The notes under the pieces: model-generated
Databases searched by the model: none
Told to the model about the DNA's origin: nothing
Seen by the model: the letters and a program-made list of their open reading frames with translations, nothing else
Position numbers and translations under genes: made by a program
Shown here: piece after piece, positions 48,822-61,450 of the stretch
Position numbering within the stretch: the stretch's first letter is position 1
How the letters are laid out: the number at the start of each line of letters is the position of its first letter
DNA from: Somniosus microcephalus
Lineage: Eukaryota
DNA: 64,000 nt
Reading direction: 5' to 3'
Assembly: GCA_052327205.1 (NCBI GenBank)
Contig: CM126212.1
Span: 89,838,001-89,902,000 of the forward strand

Positions 48822-51800
48822 AATCACTATAATACAGAGAAATGATATTGGGTCAAAGGAGCAGGATAGTGAAACAGTTTGGGTAGAAATAAGGAATAAT
48901 AAGGGGAAAAAAACCACTAGTGGGCGTAGTCTATAGGCCTCCGAACAGTTGCAACTCTGTTTGATGGAGTATTAATCAGGAAATAGTTGAGGCTTGTAAT
49001 AAGGGAACAGCTATAATTATGGGGGATTTTAACTATCATATTAACTGGACAAATCAAATTGGCCAGAGTAGCCTTGAGGATGAGTTCATTGAGTGTATTA
49101 GGGATGGGTTTCTTGAGCAGTATGTAACTGAACCGACCAGGGGGCAAGCAACCTTAGATTTGGTCCTGTGTAACGAGACAGGATTAATTAAAAATGTCCT
49201 AGTAAAGGATCCCCTTGGAATGGGTGACCATAACATGGTTGAATTCCATATTCAAGTAGAGGGTGAGAAGGTTGGATCTCAAACAAGCGTGCTGAGCTTG
49301 AATAAAGGAGACTATGAAGGTATGAGAGCGGAATTGATTAGAGTGAACTGGGAAAATAGATTAAAAGGGTAAGACGGTACATGATCAGTGGGGTACATTA
49401 AGGAGTTATTTTACAACTTCCAAAAAATATATATTCCACTGAGGGAAAAAAGGGTGTAAAAGAAAAGATGCCATCCATGGCTAAGTAAAGTAATTAAGGA
49501 TAGTATCCAACTAAAAACAAGGGCATATAAGGTAGCCAAATCTAGTAGGAGGATAGAAGATTGGGAAGTCTTTAAAAGACAGCAAAAAATAACAAAAAGA
49601 TTGATTAAGAAAGGGAAGATAGATTATGAAAGTAAATTAGCAAAAAATATAAAAACGGATAGCAAAAGTTTCTATAGTTATATAAAAAGAAAAAAGGGTG
49701 GCTAAAGTAAATGTTGGTCCCTTAGAGGATGAGACTGGGAAATTAATGGTGGGAAACATGGAGATGGCAAAAACACGGAACAAATATTTTGTATCAGTCT
49801 TTACGGTAGAGGACACTAAGAATATCCCAACACTGGACAAACAGGGGGCTGTAGGGGGAGAGGAGCTAAATACGATTAAAATTACTAAGGAAATGGTACT
49901 TGGTAAAATAATGGGACTTAAGCCGGATAAATCCCCTGGACCTGATGGCTTACATCCTAGGGTCTTGAGGGAAGTGGCGGTAGGGATTGTGGATGCATTG
50001 GTAATAATTTTCCAAAACTCCCTGGACTCAGCAAAGGTCCCGGCAGATTGGAAAACTGCTAATGTAACACCCTTATTTAAAAAGGGTAGTAGGCAGAAGG
50101 CTGGAAACTATAGACCTGTTAGCCTAACATCTGTGGTTGGTCAAATTTTAGAGTCCATTATTAAGGAGACAGTAACAGGACATTTCGATAAACATAATTT
50201 AAATAGGACAAACTCAGCATGGTTTCATGAAGGGGAAGTCATGTTTGACAAATTTGCTTGAGTTCTTTGAGGAAGTAACATACAGGGTGGATAAAGGAGA
50301 ACCAGTGGACGTACTGTATTTAGACTTCCAAAAGGCATTTGACAAGGTGCCACACAAGATTATTGCTCAAGATAAAATATCACGGGATTGGGGGTAATAT
50401 TCTGGCGTGGGTGGAGAATTGGCTCTCTAACAGAAAGCAGAGAGTTGGGATAAATGGTTCATTCTCAGACTGGCAATCAGTAACTAGTGGTGTTCCGCAG
50501 GGGTCAGTGCTGGGTCCCCAACTCTTTACAATCTATATTAATGATTTGGAGGAGGGGACCGAGTGTAACATATCAAAGTTGGCAGATGATACAAAGATGG
50601 GAGGGAAAGTAGTGAGTGAGGAGGACATAAAAAACCTGCAAAGTGACAGACAGGCTAAGTAAGTGGGCAGAGATTTGGCAGATGGAATACAATACTGGAA
50701 AGTGTGAGGTTATGCACTTTGGCAGGAAAAATCATAGAGCAAGTTATTATCTTAATGGCAAGAAACTGGAAAGTACTGTAGTACAAAGGGATCTGGGGGT
50801 CCTGGTGCACGAAACTCAAAGTTAGTATGCAGGTGCAGCAAGTGATCAAGAAGGCCAATGAAATGTTGGCTTTTATTGCTAGGGGGATAGAATATAAAAA
50901 CAGGGAGGTATTGCTGCAGTTGTACAAGGTATTGGTGAGACCGCACCTGGAATACTGCATACAGTTTTGGTGTCCATACTTAAGAAAAGACATACTTGCT
51001 CTCGAGTCAGTACAAAGAAGGTTCACTCGGTTAATCCCGGGGATGAGGGGGTGGTCATATGAGGAGAGGTTGAGTAGATTGGGACTCTACTCATTGGAGT
51101 TCAGAAGAATGAGAGGCGATCTTATAAGATTGTGAAGGGGCTTGATCGGGTGGATGCGGTGAGGATGTTCCCAATGAAGGGTGAAACTAGAACTAGGGGG
51201 CATAATCTTAAAATAAGGGGCTGCTCTTTCAAAACTGAGATGAGGAGAAACTTCTTCACTGAGGGTGGTAGGTTTGTGGAATTTGCTGCCCCAGAAAGCT
51301 GTGGAAGCTACATCATTAAATAAATTTAAAACAGAAATATAGTTTCCTAGAAGTAAAGGGAATTAAGGGTTACGGGGAGCGGGCAGGAAATTGGACATGA
51401 GTCTAGGTTCGGAATGGTCATGGCCTTGTGGGTAGTGGAGCGGGCCCAGGGGCCGTGTAGCCTGGTTCTGCTCCTACTTCTTGTGTTCTAATTCTGTGTT
51501 AGATTTCAGGAGATGGTTTTATTCCTGTTCCTGGCTGGGGTGGAGATCGCCTTTACAGAAGGCAAGTACTGTAGAAAATATAGGGATAGAGTGATCTCCT
51601 GGAAGAGTTTCGATCGCCTAGATGGGTCCGAGAGGAATTTCCCAGATTTTTTCTCCCAAATTGGCCATTGGGTTTTTAATCTGGTTTTTCACCTCTCCCG
51701 GGAGATCACATGGGTTCGGGTGGGATGGAGAGTGATAGAAGATTTGAGGTTAGGATCAGATCAGCCATGATCTTATTGAATGGTGGAGCAGGCTCGAGGG

Positions 51801-51841
51801 GCCGATTGGCCTACTCCTGCTCCTATTTCTTATGTTCTTAT
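48822..51841 (+). mobile_element. 5'-truncated CR1 LINE (about 3 kb) with frameshifted ORF2 (APE endonuclease and RT)
   Basis: Motifs [52 protein letters not shown] and LADDTK; tail CTTATGTTCTTAT. Confidence 0.96.
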
Positions 51842-52002
51842 AACACTGGGGCATCAAGCAGCAACAGACCACGTAAAGATACTCAGCTCTGTCCCCACAA
51901 CCAAATCAATAGCTGGCAATTGCACGCACACACAGCACAAACTCAGACTGCAATGCACAGAGCTAACAAGATACGATACAAGACTACAATTTGGATCCAT
52001 TG

Positions 52003-52140
52003 AAGAATCATAGAAACTTACAGCACAGGAGGCTGCCATTCGGCCAGTTGTGCCAGTGCTGGCTCTTTGAAAGAGCAGTTGTGCTGAGTCCCACACCCCC
52101 GCTTTTGTCTGTAACCCTGTAAGTTTATTGTACAAGTATC
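52003..52140 (-). mobile_element. CR1-type 3' tail fragment
   Basis: AGAATCATAGAAACTTACAGCACAGGAGGCTGCCATTCGGCC. Confidence 0.65.
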
Positions 52141-53565
52141 TTAAAGTTCAGCATTACTTTGACAAACTCATTAGTACAAGCTCTGCTGGGACACCAAGAT
52201 GAATTCCCACCAAGATGAATTCCAAACAAGATGGCTACACCGTTGCTTCACATCTAACCCACCAATATTAGTGAACCAATTCACAGCTCCACTTCCCCTG
52301 ACCGAGCAATAGAATTTGGCAGAGTGAGCTCGCCATACAACAATCTACATGTTAACCAGGCACAAAGTCATATTATATTGTCTATGAAAACACCTGCAGG
52401 CTGCACCCTCCCATTCGAGGGAAACCCACTGGTATAACTCAGCCTTCTAGCTGAAGAGGACCACAAGGAAACCGTCTGTGTCCTACTGGACAATGCAACG
52501 TGCAAAGAAAAGTCAGACAAGAATTTCAACTACTAATTCCTGTCACACTGCCAATCTTGGCCTGTGGAGTATAAACAAGGCCGTTACCCTCGGAGGGCAC
52601 TAACACACCGCATAGCAGCTATTTAGAGTGGCATGCCTCCACATCTAGCAAGGAATTCAGACAATGCTTTGGATATAAAAAAGTTAACTGCAGGTTAACT
52701 GGAAGTAAAGGGCCAGAGTATACATTTTCTATACGATAGTTGCAATATCTGTACTGAGTGCATCATGCGGATAGATGAAAGATATACAAAACAGCATCTA
52801 CTCTGCACCTAAATAAGAATTTTAATCCACAATGGAAAATGCACAGTCTAGAAAGGGTTAACATAATATGGATTGCACCAAGAGAAAGGTTCAGAACAGA
52901 TTCTTAATGATGTGAACAAGGGGGAAGATATGATGCCTTGTTGTATGCTGCTTAACTGAAAATTTGCACAAGTTTCAGAGATTAACACACATATGTGAAA
53001 TGTACTGAGGTACTCAGGCACTCGAGTCATGCAGTATGTGTAGTTTTACACCATCACTGACCTACGCAACAGAATCTACATCAAATATTGATGACATGAC
53101 AGATACTATAAAACAGGATAAATATCAGCTCTGTATCCAAGCAACAAGTAAACGTCCTTTGGAGAATACCAATGGTGCAATCGATAGCTCACATTTACAC
53201 AGCACGCCATTACATCCCACTGGCTGGTGTGACGACAAGCCACCATCTTACACCCAAACACCACCCCGACCCAGTTCCTCTCCAAAAAATGACCCAGACC
53301 TCAATCTATCTTCCAATCCTGGTCATAACACTAGGCAGCCTGATGCTGGTATTTTCTCTCAATCCTCCATTCAGGGAGTCCTTACCCAAACCAGGACAGT
53401 GAGCGACACACTATACAGAGGCCAGACACTTGCTCAGAGAGGAAGGAAACGGTCACCTGGGCTATGCTGGCACACCTAGTAGTTGCTTACCTACCTTCCT
53501 CAAGCAAGAACAGTGCCGGATGCAGGTTATTAAAGAGAAAGCAGATTTGTTAAAAAAAAAACCAG

Positions 53566-54530
53566 AGTCGTCGTCTTCGGCAGTCCCTTGGAGCCGAGGA
53601 TGACTTGCTTCCACATTAAAAATGTGAGTTCTCAGGTGACTGATGAGTCCAATGTGGGACCTACAGTCTCTGTCACAGGTGGGGCAGACAGTGGTTGAAG
53701 GGGCGGGTGGGTGGGGTGCTTGGGTTGATGTGCGCTCCTTGCGCTGCCTGCGCTTGCTCCCGGCGAAGAGACTCGAGGTGTTCGGCGCCTTCCCGGATGC
53801 TTCGCCTCCACTTTGTGCGGTCTTGGGCCAGGGATTCCCAGGTGTCGGTGGGGATGTTACACTTTTTCAAGGAGGCTTTGAGGGTGTCCTTGAAGTGTTT
53901 CCTCTGCCCACCTGGGGCTCTCTTGCTGTGCTGGAGTTCAGAGTAGAGCGCTTGTTTTGGGAGTCTCGTATCGGGCATGCGGACAATGTGACCCGTCCAT
54001 CGGAGCTGATCGAGCGTGGTCACAGCTTCGATGCTGGGGATGTTGGCCTGAGCAAGAACACTGACGGTGCGCCAATCCTGCCAATGGATTTGCAGGATCT
54101 TGCAGAGGCAGCGCTGGTGGTACCTCTCCAGTGCTTTGAGGTGCCTGCTGTACATGGTCCATGTCTGAGGCATACAGCAGGGCGGGTATCACTGCTGCTG
54201 TGTAGGCCATGAGCTTAGTGCCGGGTTTGAGGTCCTGGTCTTCAAACACTCTCTTCCTCAGGCGACAGAAGACTGCACTGGCACACTGAAGGCGGTGTTG
54301 GACTTTGTTGTCGACGTCTGCCCTTGTTGACAGTAGGCTCCAGAGGTATGGAAAGTGGTCCACATTGTCCAAGGCCTTGTCGTGGATTTTGATAATCGGG
54401 GGGCAGTACTGTGTGGCAGGGGCAGGTTGGTAGAGTACCTTTGTCTTACGGATGTTTAGTGCAAGGCCTATGCTCTCATATGCTTTGGTGAAGGTGTTGA
54501 CGATGGTTTGGAGTTCGACCTCAGTCACTC
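53566..54530 (-). mobile_element. RTE-clade LINE 3' fragment
   Basis: GLALNIRKTKVLYQP, VDHFPYL, QLRWTGHIVRMPDTRLPKQALYSEL, GGQRKHFKDTLKASLK; (GAC)n tail. Confidence 0.93.
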
Positions 54531-55329
54531 CTGCACTGACTTCTAAAAAAAAGTGGAGAGATAGAGGAACCCAAAGGCTTACATCTCAAACACGACTAAA
54601 GCACTTAGGTCTGCAGGAGCTGGAAAAATAGCACAAAACGGATTTGTGCTGTCCATCTTTGTCATATTGATGCATAGCAACACCAACCATACACTGTGCC
54701 TTTCCAGTTCTGATACATACACAGCACATGAACAAGTTTGCTCAGGATTTAGATCAGTTATGCAATTCGGAAGAAACGCAGTAAATCGAACCTAACAGTA
54801 AGAAATGCAAAGTATTAGACATGCGAGAAAACATGGGACCATCCAGTCTCAAGTTAAAAGGAATGCATACAACTTGATTACATAGCACTTTAACTTAAAA
54901 AATCTGTGGTGCTTCACAAATGAGATGGGGGGGAAAAAATAGGAATGGCTAAGGGAATGGATGTCAAACCTTGGAGGCAGGGATCAGGATTTTTTTTAAT
55001 ATAAAGTAGACAGATGCAAAGAAGCAAAATAGAAAAGAGAGTGCGAGCTTGAATCGGCTTGCGGAGTAGAGCGAAAAGAATGCCTGTGTGAACAGAAAGG
55101 GGAGAAAGAGACAGTGAAGCGAGTGTTTTGTCAGTTAAACAAACATATTTAGCAACAGATCGCCAATAAACTAGAATAACCTACAATTTCTCATGCAAAG
55201 ACTCTACAATCTTTACCACAATCATCTGCCAAAAAGTGATAAAATGCTGGTTATAGGTTATAACAAAATGTAGTAAATAATAGATCTAAATTCTTGCACC
55301 ATAGTTTTTAACATCACCTCAAACGATCA

Positions 55330-56335
55330 ATGCTCCAGTGTTCATGATAATCCGCGGCGTACCCCAGGACCCCATCATTCTCCAACCCTGCCCTGACCCA
55401 GCTGACCGTACCTGGAAGCACGAGGTTATGTTTCACATGCTCATGACATCCAGCTCCACCTCACCAATGACCCCCACAGCTGCTGCCACCATCTTCAGCT
55501 GCCTATCAGACATCAAGACTTGGACGAGTCAAAGCTTCCTCCAATTTAGCCCCAGCAAACCCCAAGCCATCCACTTTGGCTCTCTCAAACAGATTAGAGT
55601 CTCTGGTCTCAAATCCATCTCCCTCCCTAGCTGCTGCCTCAATTCTAGCATTTCAGGGTGCAGGATCTTGGTGTAGTGCTCGCCCAGAGCTCACTTCCTG
55701 CCCAAGCCTGACCCATCACCAAGAGTGCATTCGCTCACCTCCATAATATCTCCAGCCACTGCCCCGACTCCTCCAAAATCCTAAATCAACACCTTTAATC
55801 GCCTCACTGCTAAGAATTCTCCAAAGCTCTTCACGCCAACCAACCATTCATGAACTGCAAGTCATCCAGAACTGGGCGGCCCATGTCCTCACCCACACGA
55901 AGGCCTTATCCCCCTTGCTCCCATCCTCATTGAGCTCCACTAGCTTCTCAAATCCCAGAGAGTTGATTTTAAAGATTCTGGCCCTCACATTCAAATCCCT
56001 GGATCCGATTCACCTACATGACGTCCTCCAGCCCGTCTGTATCGACCTCCCAGTTCTCCAACACTGACCCATTTCCTGCTCCATATATTGGCAGCCACTC
56101 CATCAGCCACTTTGTTCTCCCCTCCCCCCATCTTCAACTGGAACATTCTCCGTCAGCATCTCCAGCTTGCCACCTTCCTCTGTGCCCTCAAAAACCACTC
56201 AAGGCCTTTCATTTCAACCATTTTTTTCTCCATTCCTTCAACATTCCCCAGGGTTTGATACCCACTAAAGCACGGAGACATCTCTTCATACATAAGCGAT
56301 GTAGAAATGTCAGTTATTGTTATATACTCAGCTGT
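55330..56335 (+). mobile_element. Decayed L2 LINE 3' fragment
   Basis: GVPQD, CLSDIKTW...FLQ, CTGCAAGTCATCCAGAAC and GAGTTGATTTTAAA motifs. Confidence 0.7.
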
Positions 56336-56751
56336 TTTTAAGGCTGTTTGCTTTTGCTACTTTTCTAGGTTAGCTTATATAGTCAGGCTTTAATATACAT
56401 AAAAGATCTGGGAACTATCGCACCATGAAAAGGTGAATTATTACATTTCTGAATGTATAAAGCAGGCCGTATCGACCTCGCCCACTGTGTAGTTGTACAA
56501 ACTACCCAGTCAACTCCAGCAAGGGAAAGAATTACCCCGATATGCTGGTACCTGCTCATTACCCTGCGTTCAATGTTTTTCCACTCCGCTTGGATTAATT
56601 CCAGTTTGATTATTACTTGCTGCATGAAGCAGCAGTGAGCACCGTCAGTGGAAACTGTGATTCAACCGGACCAAGGACAACTTCAATCGCCGCTCTCTGA
56701 TGTGGCAACTGGGGCCAATTGTCGTACCTCATTAATCCCAAGGCCCGGATA

Positions 56752-59700
56752 TTTTTTTAAATTAATTCATGGGATGTGGTTGCCCTCAAGGTGGTGGTGA
56801 GCAGCCTTCTTGAACCGCCGCAGTCAGTGTGAAGATACTCAGTGCTGTTACGGAGGGAGTTCCAGGATTTTGACCCAGTGACGAGGAAGGAATGGCGATA
56901 TATTTCCAAATCAGGATGGCGCGTGACTTGGAGGGGAAATTGGAGGTGATATGTTCCCATGTGCCTGTTGCCCTTCTAGGTAGTAGAGGTCGCGGGTTTG
57001 GGAGGTGGTACACACTGCAGCCACAGTACACCGGTGGTGGAGGGAGTGAATGTTTAAGGTGGTGGATGGGGTGCCACTCAAGCAGGCTGCTTTACCCTGG
57101 ATGGTGTCGAGCTTCTTGTGTTGTTGTAGCTGCACTCATCCAGGCAAGTGGAGAGTATTCCATCACACTCCTTACTTGTGCCTTGTAGATGGTGGAACGG
57201 CTTTGGGGAGTCAGGTGGAGAGACACTCGCCGCAGAATATCCAGCCTCTGACCTGCTCTTGTTGCTACAGTATTTATGTGGCTGGTCCAGTTGTTTCTGG
57301 TCAATGGTGACCCCCAGGATGTTGATGGTGGGGGATTCAGCGATGGCAATGCTGTTGAATGTCATGGGGCGGTCATTAGACTCTCGTGTGTTGGAGATAG
57401 TCATTGCCTGGCACTTGTGTGACATGAATGTTACTCGCCACTTATCAGCCCAAGCCTGAATGACATCCAGATCTTGCTGCATGAGGGCATGGACGGCTCC
57501 ATTATCGGAGGAATTGTGAATGGTACCGAACATTGCAGTCAGCAGCAAACATCCCCACTTCTGACCTTATGATGGAGGGAAGGTCATTGATGAAGCAACT
57601 GAAGATGGTAGGGCCTGGGACACTGCCCTGAGGAACTTGTGCAGTGATGTCTTGGGGCTGTGATGATTGACTTCCAACAACCACAGCCATCTTCCTTTGT
57701 GCTAGGTATGACTCCAGCCAGTGGAGAGTTTTACCAGATTCCCATTGACTTCAGTTTTACTAGGGCTCTTGATGCCACACCCAGTCAAATGATGCCTTGA
57801 TGTCAAGGGCAGTCACTCTCACCTCGCCAATTCAGCTCCTTTGTCCATGTTTGGACCAAGGCTGTAATGAGGTCTGGAGCTGAGTGGTCCTGGCAGAACC
57901 CAAACTGAGCATCGGTGACCAGGTTATTGGTAAGTGCCACTTGATAGCACTGTGAACGACACCTTCCATCACTTTGCTGACGATTGAGAGTAGACTGATG
58001 GGACGGTAATTGGCCGGCTTAGATTTGTCCTGCTTTTTGTGGACAGGACATACCTGGGCAGTTTTTCACTTTGTCGGCTAGATGCCAGTGTTGTAGCAGT
58101 ACTGGAACAGCTTGGCTAGAGGTGTGGCTAGTTCTTGAGCACAAGACTTCAGCATGACAGCCGGGATGATGTTGGGGCCCATAGCCTTTGTTGTATCCAG
58201 TGCGCTCAGCTGTTTCTTAATGTCACGTGGAGTGAATCGAATTGGCTGAAGACTGGCTTCTGTGATGGTGAGGACCTCAGGAGGAGGCAGATATGGATCA
58301 TCCACTCGGCACTTCTGGCTGAAGATCGTTGCAAATGCTTCAGCCTTGTCTTTTGCACTCACATGCTGAGCTCCATCATTGAGGATGGGAATATTCATGA
58401 AGCCTCCTCCTCCAGTTCGTTGTTTAATGGTCCACCACCATTTACGACTGGAAGCAGCAGGATTGCAGATCTTCGATCTGATCCGTTGATTGTGGGATCA
58501 CTTAGCTCTGTCTATAGCATGCTGCTTCTGCTGTTTGTAGTCCTGTAATGCAGCTTCCCCAGGTTGGCACTTTTTTTTTGTTGTATACGTACGCCTGGTG
58601 CTGCGCCTGGCATGCTCTTCTACACTCCTTATTGAACCAGGTTCCCTTTGCTTGATGTTAATGGTTGAGTGAGGGATATGCCAGGCCATGAGGTTACAGA
58701 TTGTGGTGGAATACAATTCCGCTGCTGCTGATGGCCCAGTGCCTCATGGATGCCCAGTTTTGAGCTGCTAGATCTGTTCTGAATCTATCCCATTTAGCAT
58801 GGCGGTAGCGCCACAGAACACAATGGAGGGCGTCCTCAGTGTGAAGACGGGACTTCGTCTCCACAAGGACTGTGGGGTGGTCACTGCTACCAAGGCTATC
58901 ATTGACAGATGCATTTGTAACAGGTACATTGGTGAGGATGAGGTCCAGTAGATTTTTCCCTCGTGTTGGTTCTCTCACCATCTGCCACAGGCCCAGTCTG
59001 GCAGCTATATTCTTCAGGACTCAGCCAGCTCAGTCAGTAATGGTGCTACCGAGTCACTCTTCATGGTGGATATTGAAGTTCCCACCCAGAGTACATTCTC
59101 TGCCCTTGCTGCTCTCACTGCTTCTTCCAAGTGGTGTTCAACATGGAGGAGTACCGATTCATCAGCTGAGGTGGTAATCAGGAGGTTTCCTTGCCCATGC
59201 TTGATCTGAAGCCATGAGACTGCATACGGTCCGGAGTCAATGTTGAGGACTCCCAGGGCCACTCCCTCCAGACTGTATACTACTGTGCCACCATCCCTGG
59301 TGGGTCTGTCCTGCCGGTGGGACAGGACATACCCAGGGATGGTGATGGAGGAGTCTGGGACATTGGCTGAAAGGTATGATTCTGTGAGTATGACTATGTC
59401 AGGCTATTGGCTTGACAAGTCAGTGGGACAGCTCGCCTAATTTTGGCACAAGTCTCCAGATGTTAGTGAGGAGGACTTTGCAGGGTCGACTAGGCTGGGT
59501 GTGCCGTTATCGTGACCATAGCCGGTGCAGAGTGGTCTGTCTGGTTTTATTCTTATTGTTTTTCACTGCAGTTTGTTACAACTGAGTGGCTTGCTAGGCC
59601 ATTTCAAAGGGCATTTAAGAGTCAACAACATTGTTGTGGGTTTGGAGTCACACATAGGCCAGACAAGGACAGCAGATTTCCTTCCCTAACAAGGACATTA

Positions 59701-59880
59701 GTGAACCAGATGGGTCTTTACGACAATCCAATAGTTTCATGATCACGATGCTAGCTTTTTATTCCAGTTTTATTTAATTAACTGAATTTAAATTCCCCAG
59801 CTGCCGCAGTGGGATTTGAACTCTCGTCTCTGGATCATTAGTCCAAGCCTAGTCCGTTAACATAACCACTGTTCTACTGT
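56752..59880 (-). mobile_element. Apparently full-length single-ORF LINE (APE and RT, CR1/L2/Jockey group) with a tRNA-derived 5' head; ORF decayed
   Basis: A box at 59866-59876 and B box at 59811-59821, then a leader of about 400 nt. Coding motifs follow: VLLTNIW, PDIVILTES, PTRGKNLLDLILTN, SSDH, KAMGP, NYRPISL, VPQGSV, MFA and WNSL, ending in an A-rich tail. Confidence 0.9.
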
Positions 59881-60129
59881 TGGGCAAAAGAAACCACAGA
59901 AAAGTTCTATACCTACAATGCAGACATACATTGAGAAATACTCGAACAGCAATTCAAATTATGCTTCTTTACCTATTTGCTCAAGTTAATATCTTGACAA
60001 AACTAAAAGATGGAGGATGAAGTTGAGGAGCAAAGTTTGTACCAGAGGCCAAAGACTTGTTTTCCCAATGTTTAGCTGAAGACTCATCCAAGACTGGATG
60101 GCAACAAGTATTCCAATAGCACAGATGCA

Positions 60130-61450
60130 GTGGTGGTGAAGAGTCAGAGCTGGGTATCATCAGCATATGAGGAATCTATCCCCATCTCTGTGGATGTGGT
60201 CGCCGAGGGGCGGCATGTAGATGAGGGAGTGTGTGTCAAGGTTGGATCTTTGGAGGACTGCAGAAGCAATGGTGTGAGAATGATACACGGGTAGGAAGAG
60301 AACCAGTTAGAGATGTCCTGGCTGTGATGATAGTACAGAAGTCAAGAGGATGATGAATAATATACTGCAGTCACAGTGTTGCTCATAACTTTGATTGGGA
60401 CTTTTTAGTGCTGTAGGAGGGGCAAGAGGGAGAGATTGACTTGGAGCTGTGGAAGACAGAGGCATGGAGATGGAAGGCAACACATCAAAGGATCTTTAAA
60501 AAGAACAGGAGGCAAGCTCAGAGATTGAAGTGAGGGCGTGGTGACAGTTTAAAAAAGGGGAAGAGGACAATTTGCAATGTCAGCTAGCTTGGGGGCCAAG
60601 AAGGGAAGTGGGGTAGTCATTAATTTAATGGGAATGGAGTCGAGGGAGCAGAAGGTAGGTCTCAAGAGCAAGATGATCTTTTAGCGTGCAGGGAAACAAT
60701 GATGGTGGTGCAGCTTCGGAAGCAAGGGAAAGGGGAAAAAGGTGGAACCAGTTGGACAAGTCTCATAAGAAGAAGAAATAATCTCATGATTGATGAATAT
60801 ATCAATGAGCTCCTCACACTTGTTTAGATGAGAAGGTGGAGGGGCAAGGGAGAGTGGTTTAAGAGGAATGATTGGTAGTACAGGAAGGGAGTCTGTGGTT
60901 ATCTTGTTCCCTCCAGGGTGATCCAAGTGTAGTGGCCAATTTTGGCAGAGGAGGGGGAGGCCCAGTAAAACTCAGATGTTGCCAAGCTAGATCTGGCAAT
61001 AGATTGCTAAGCCAGTTGTGCTGCAGGTACAGTCAAGTCTGTGCTCCTCAAACCTCAGAACAAAAATGTGGACCATATTGGGGGCAATAACAGGGATGGG
61101 TAGACTAAAGGGTTTGAGATTGAGGGAGAGTTGTGGTTTGGCAAAAATTGACAACTGCAGAGGTATCGTGGCAGATGGAATGGTAAAGGTTAGGCAGTTT
61201 CAAAGTACGGTTGTAAGTAACAGAGCAAAGAGGTTTAGAGAAGCCAGGAGGATGGTGATTTGGAGTGGGGTTTGGGGGGCAGGCAAGGGAATCCAAGGTG
61301 AAGATTGAAATCAGAGGACAAGGAGATGCTCAGTGTAGAGACTGAACGAAGAAAGGAGACGATCGCAGGAAATAACTCGGGTGGGCGATCGATAATGAGA
61401 ATTTTGAAGAGGCAGCAAGAGGGTGAATTGGTGGGGCAGTGGCCATGGTG
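60130..61450 (-). mobile_element. Highly decayed L2-like LINE
   Basis: AGAGCTGGGTATCATCAGCATA (YADD region) and GAAGATTGAAATCAGAGG (DFN region) within a purine-rich stretch. Confidence 0.55.

Noticed and set aside
59800-59880. tRNA gene (also at 33704 and 42384)
   Set aside because: These have A/B boxes without a full cloverleaf, and they run into retroposon bodies.
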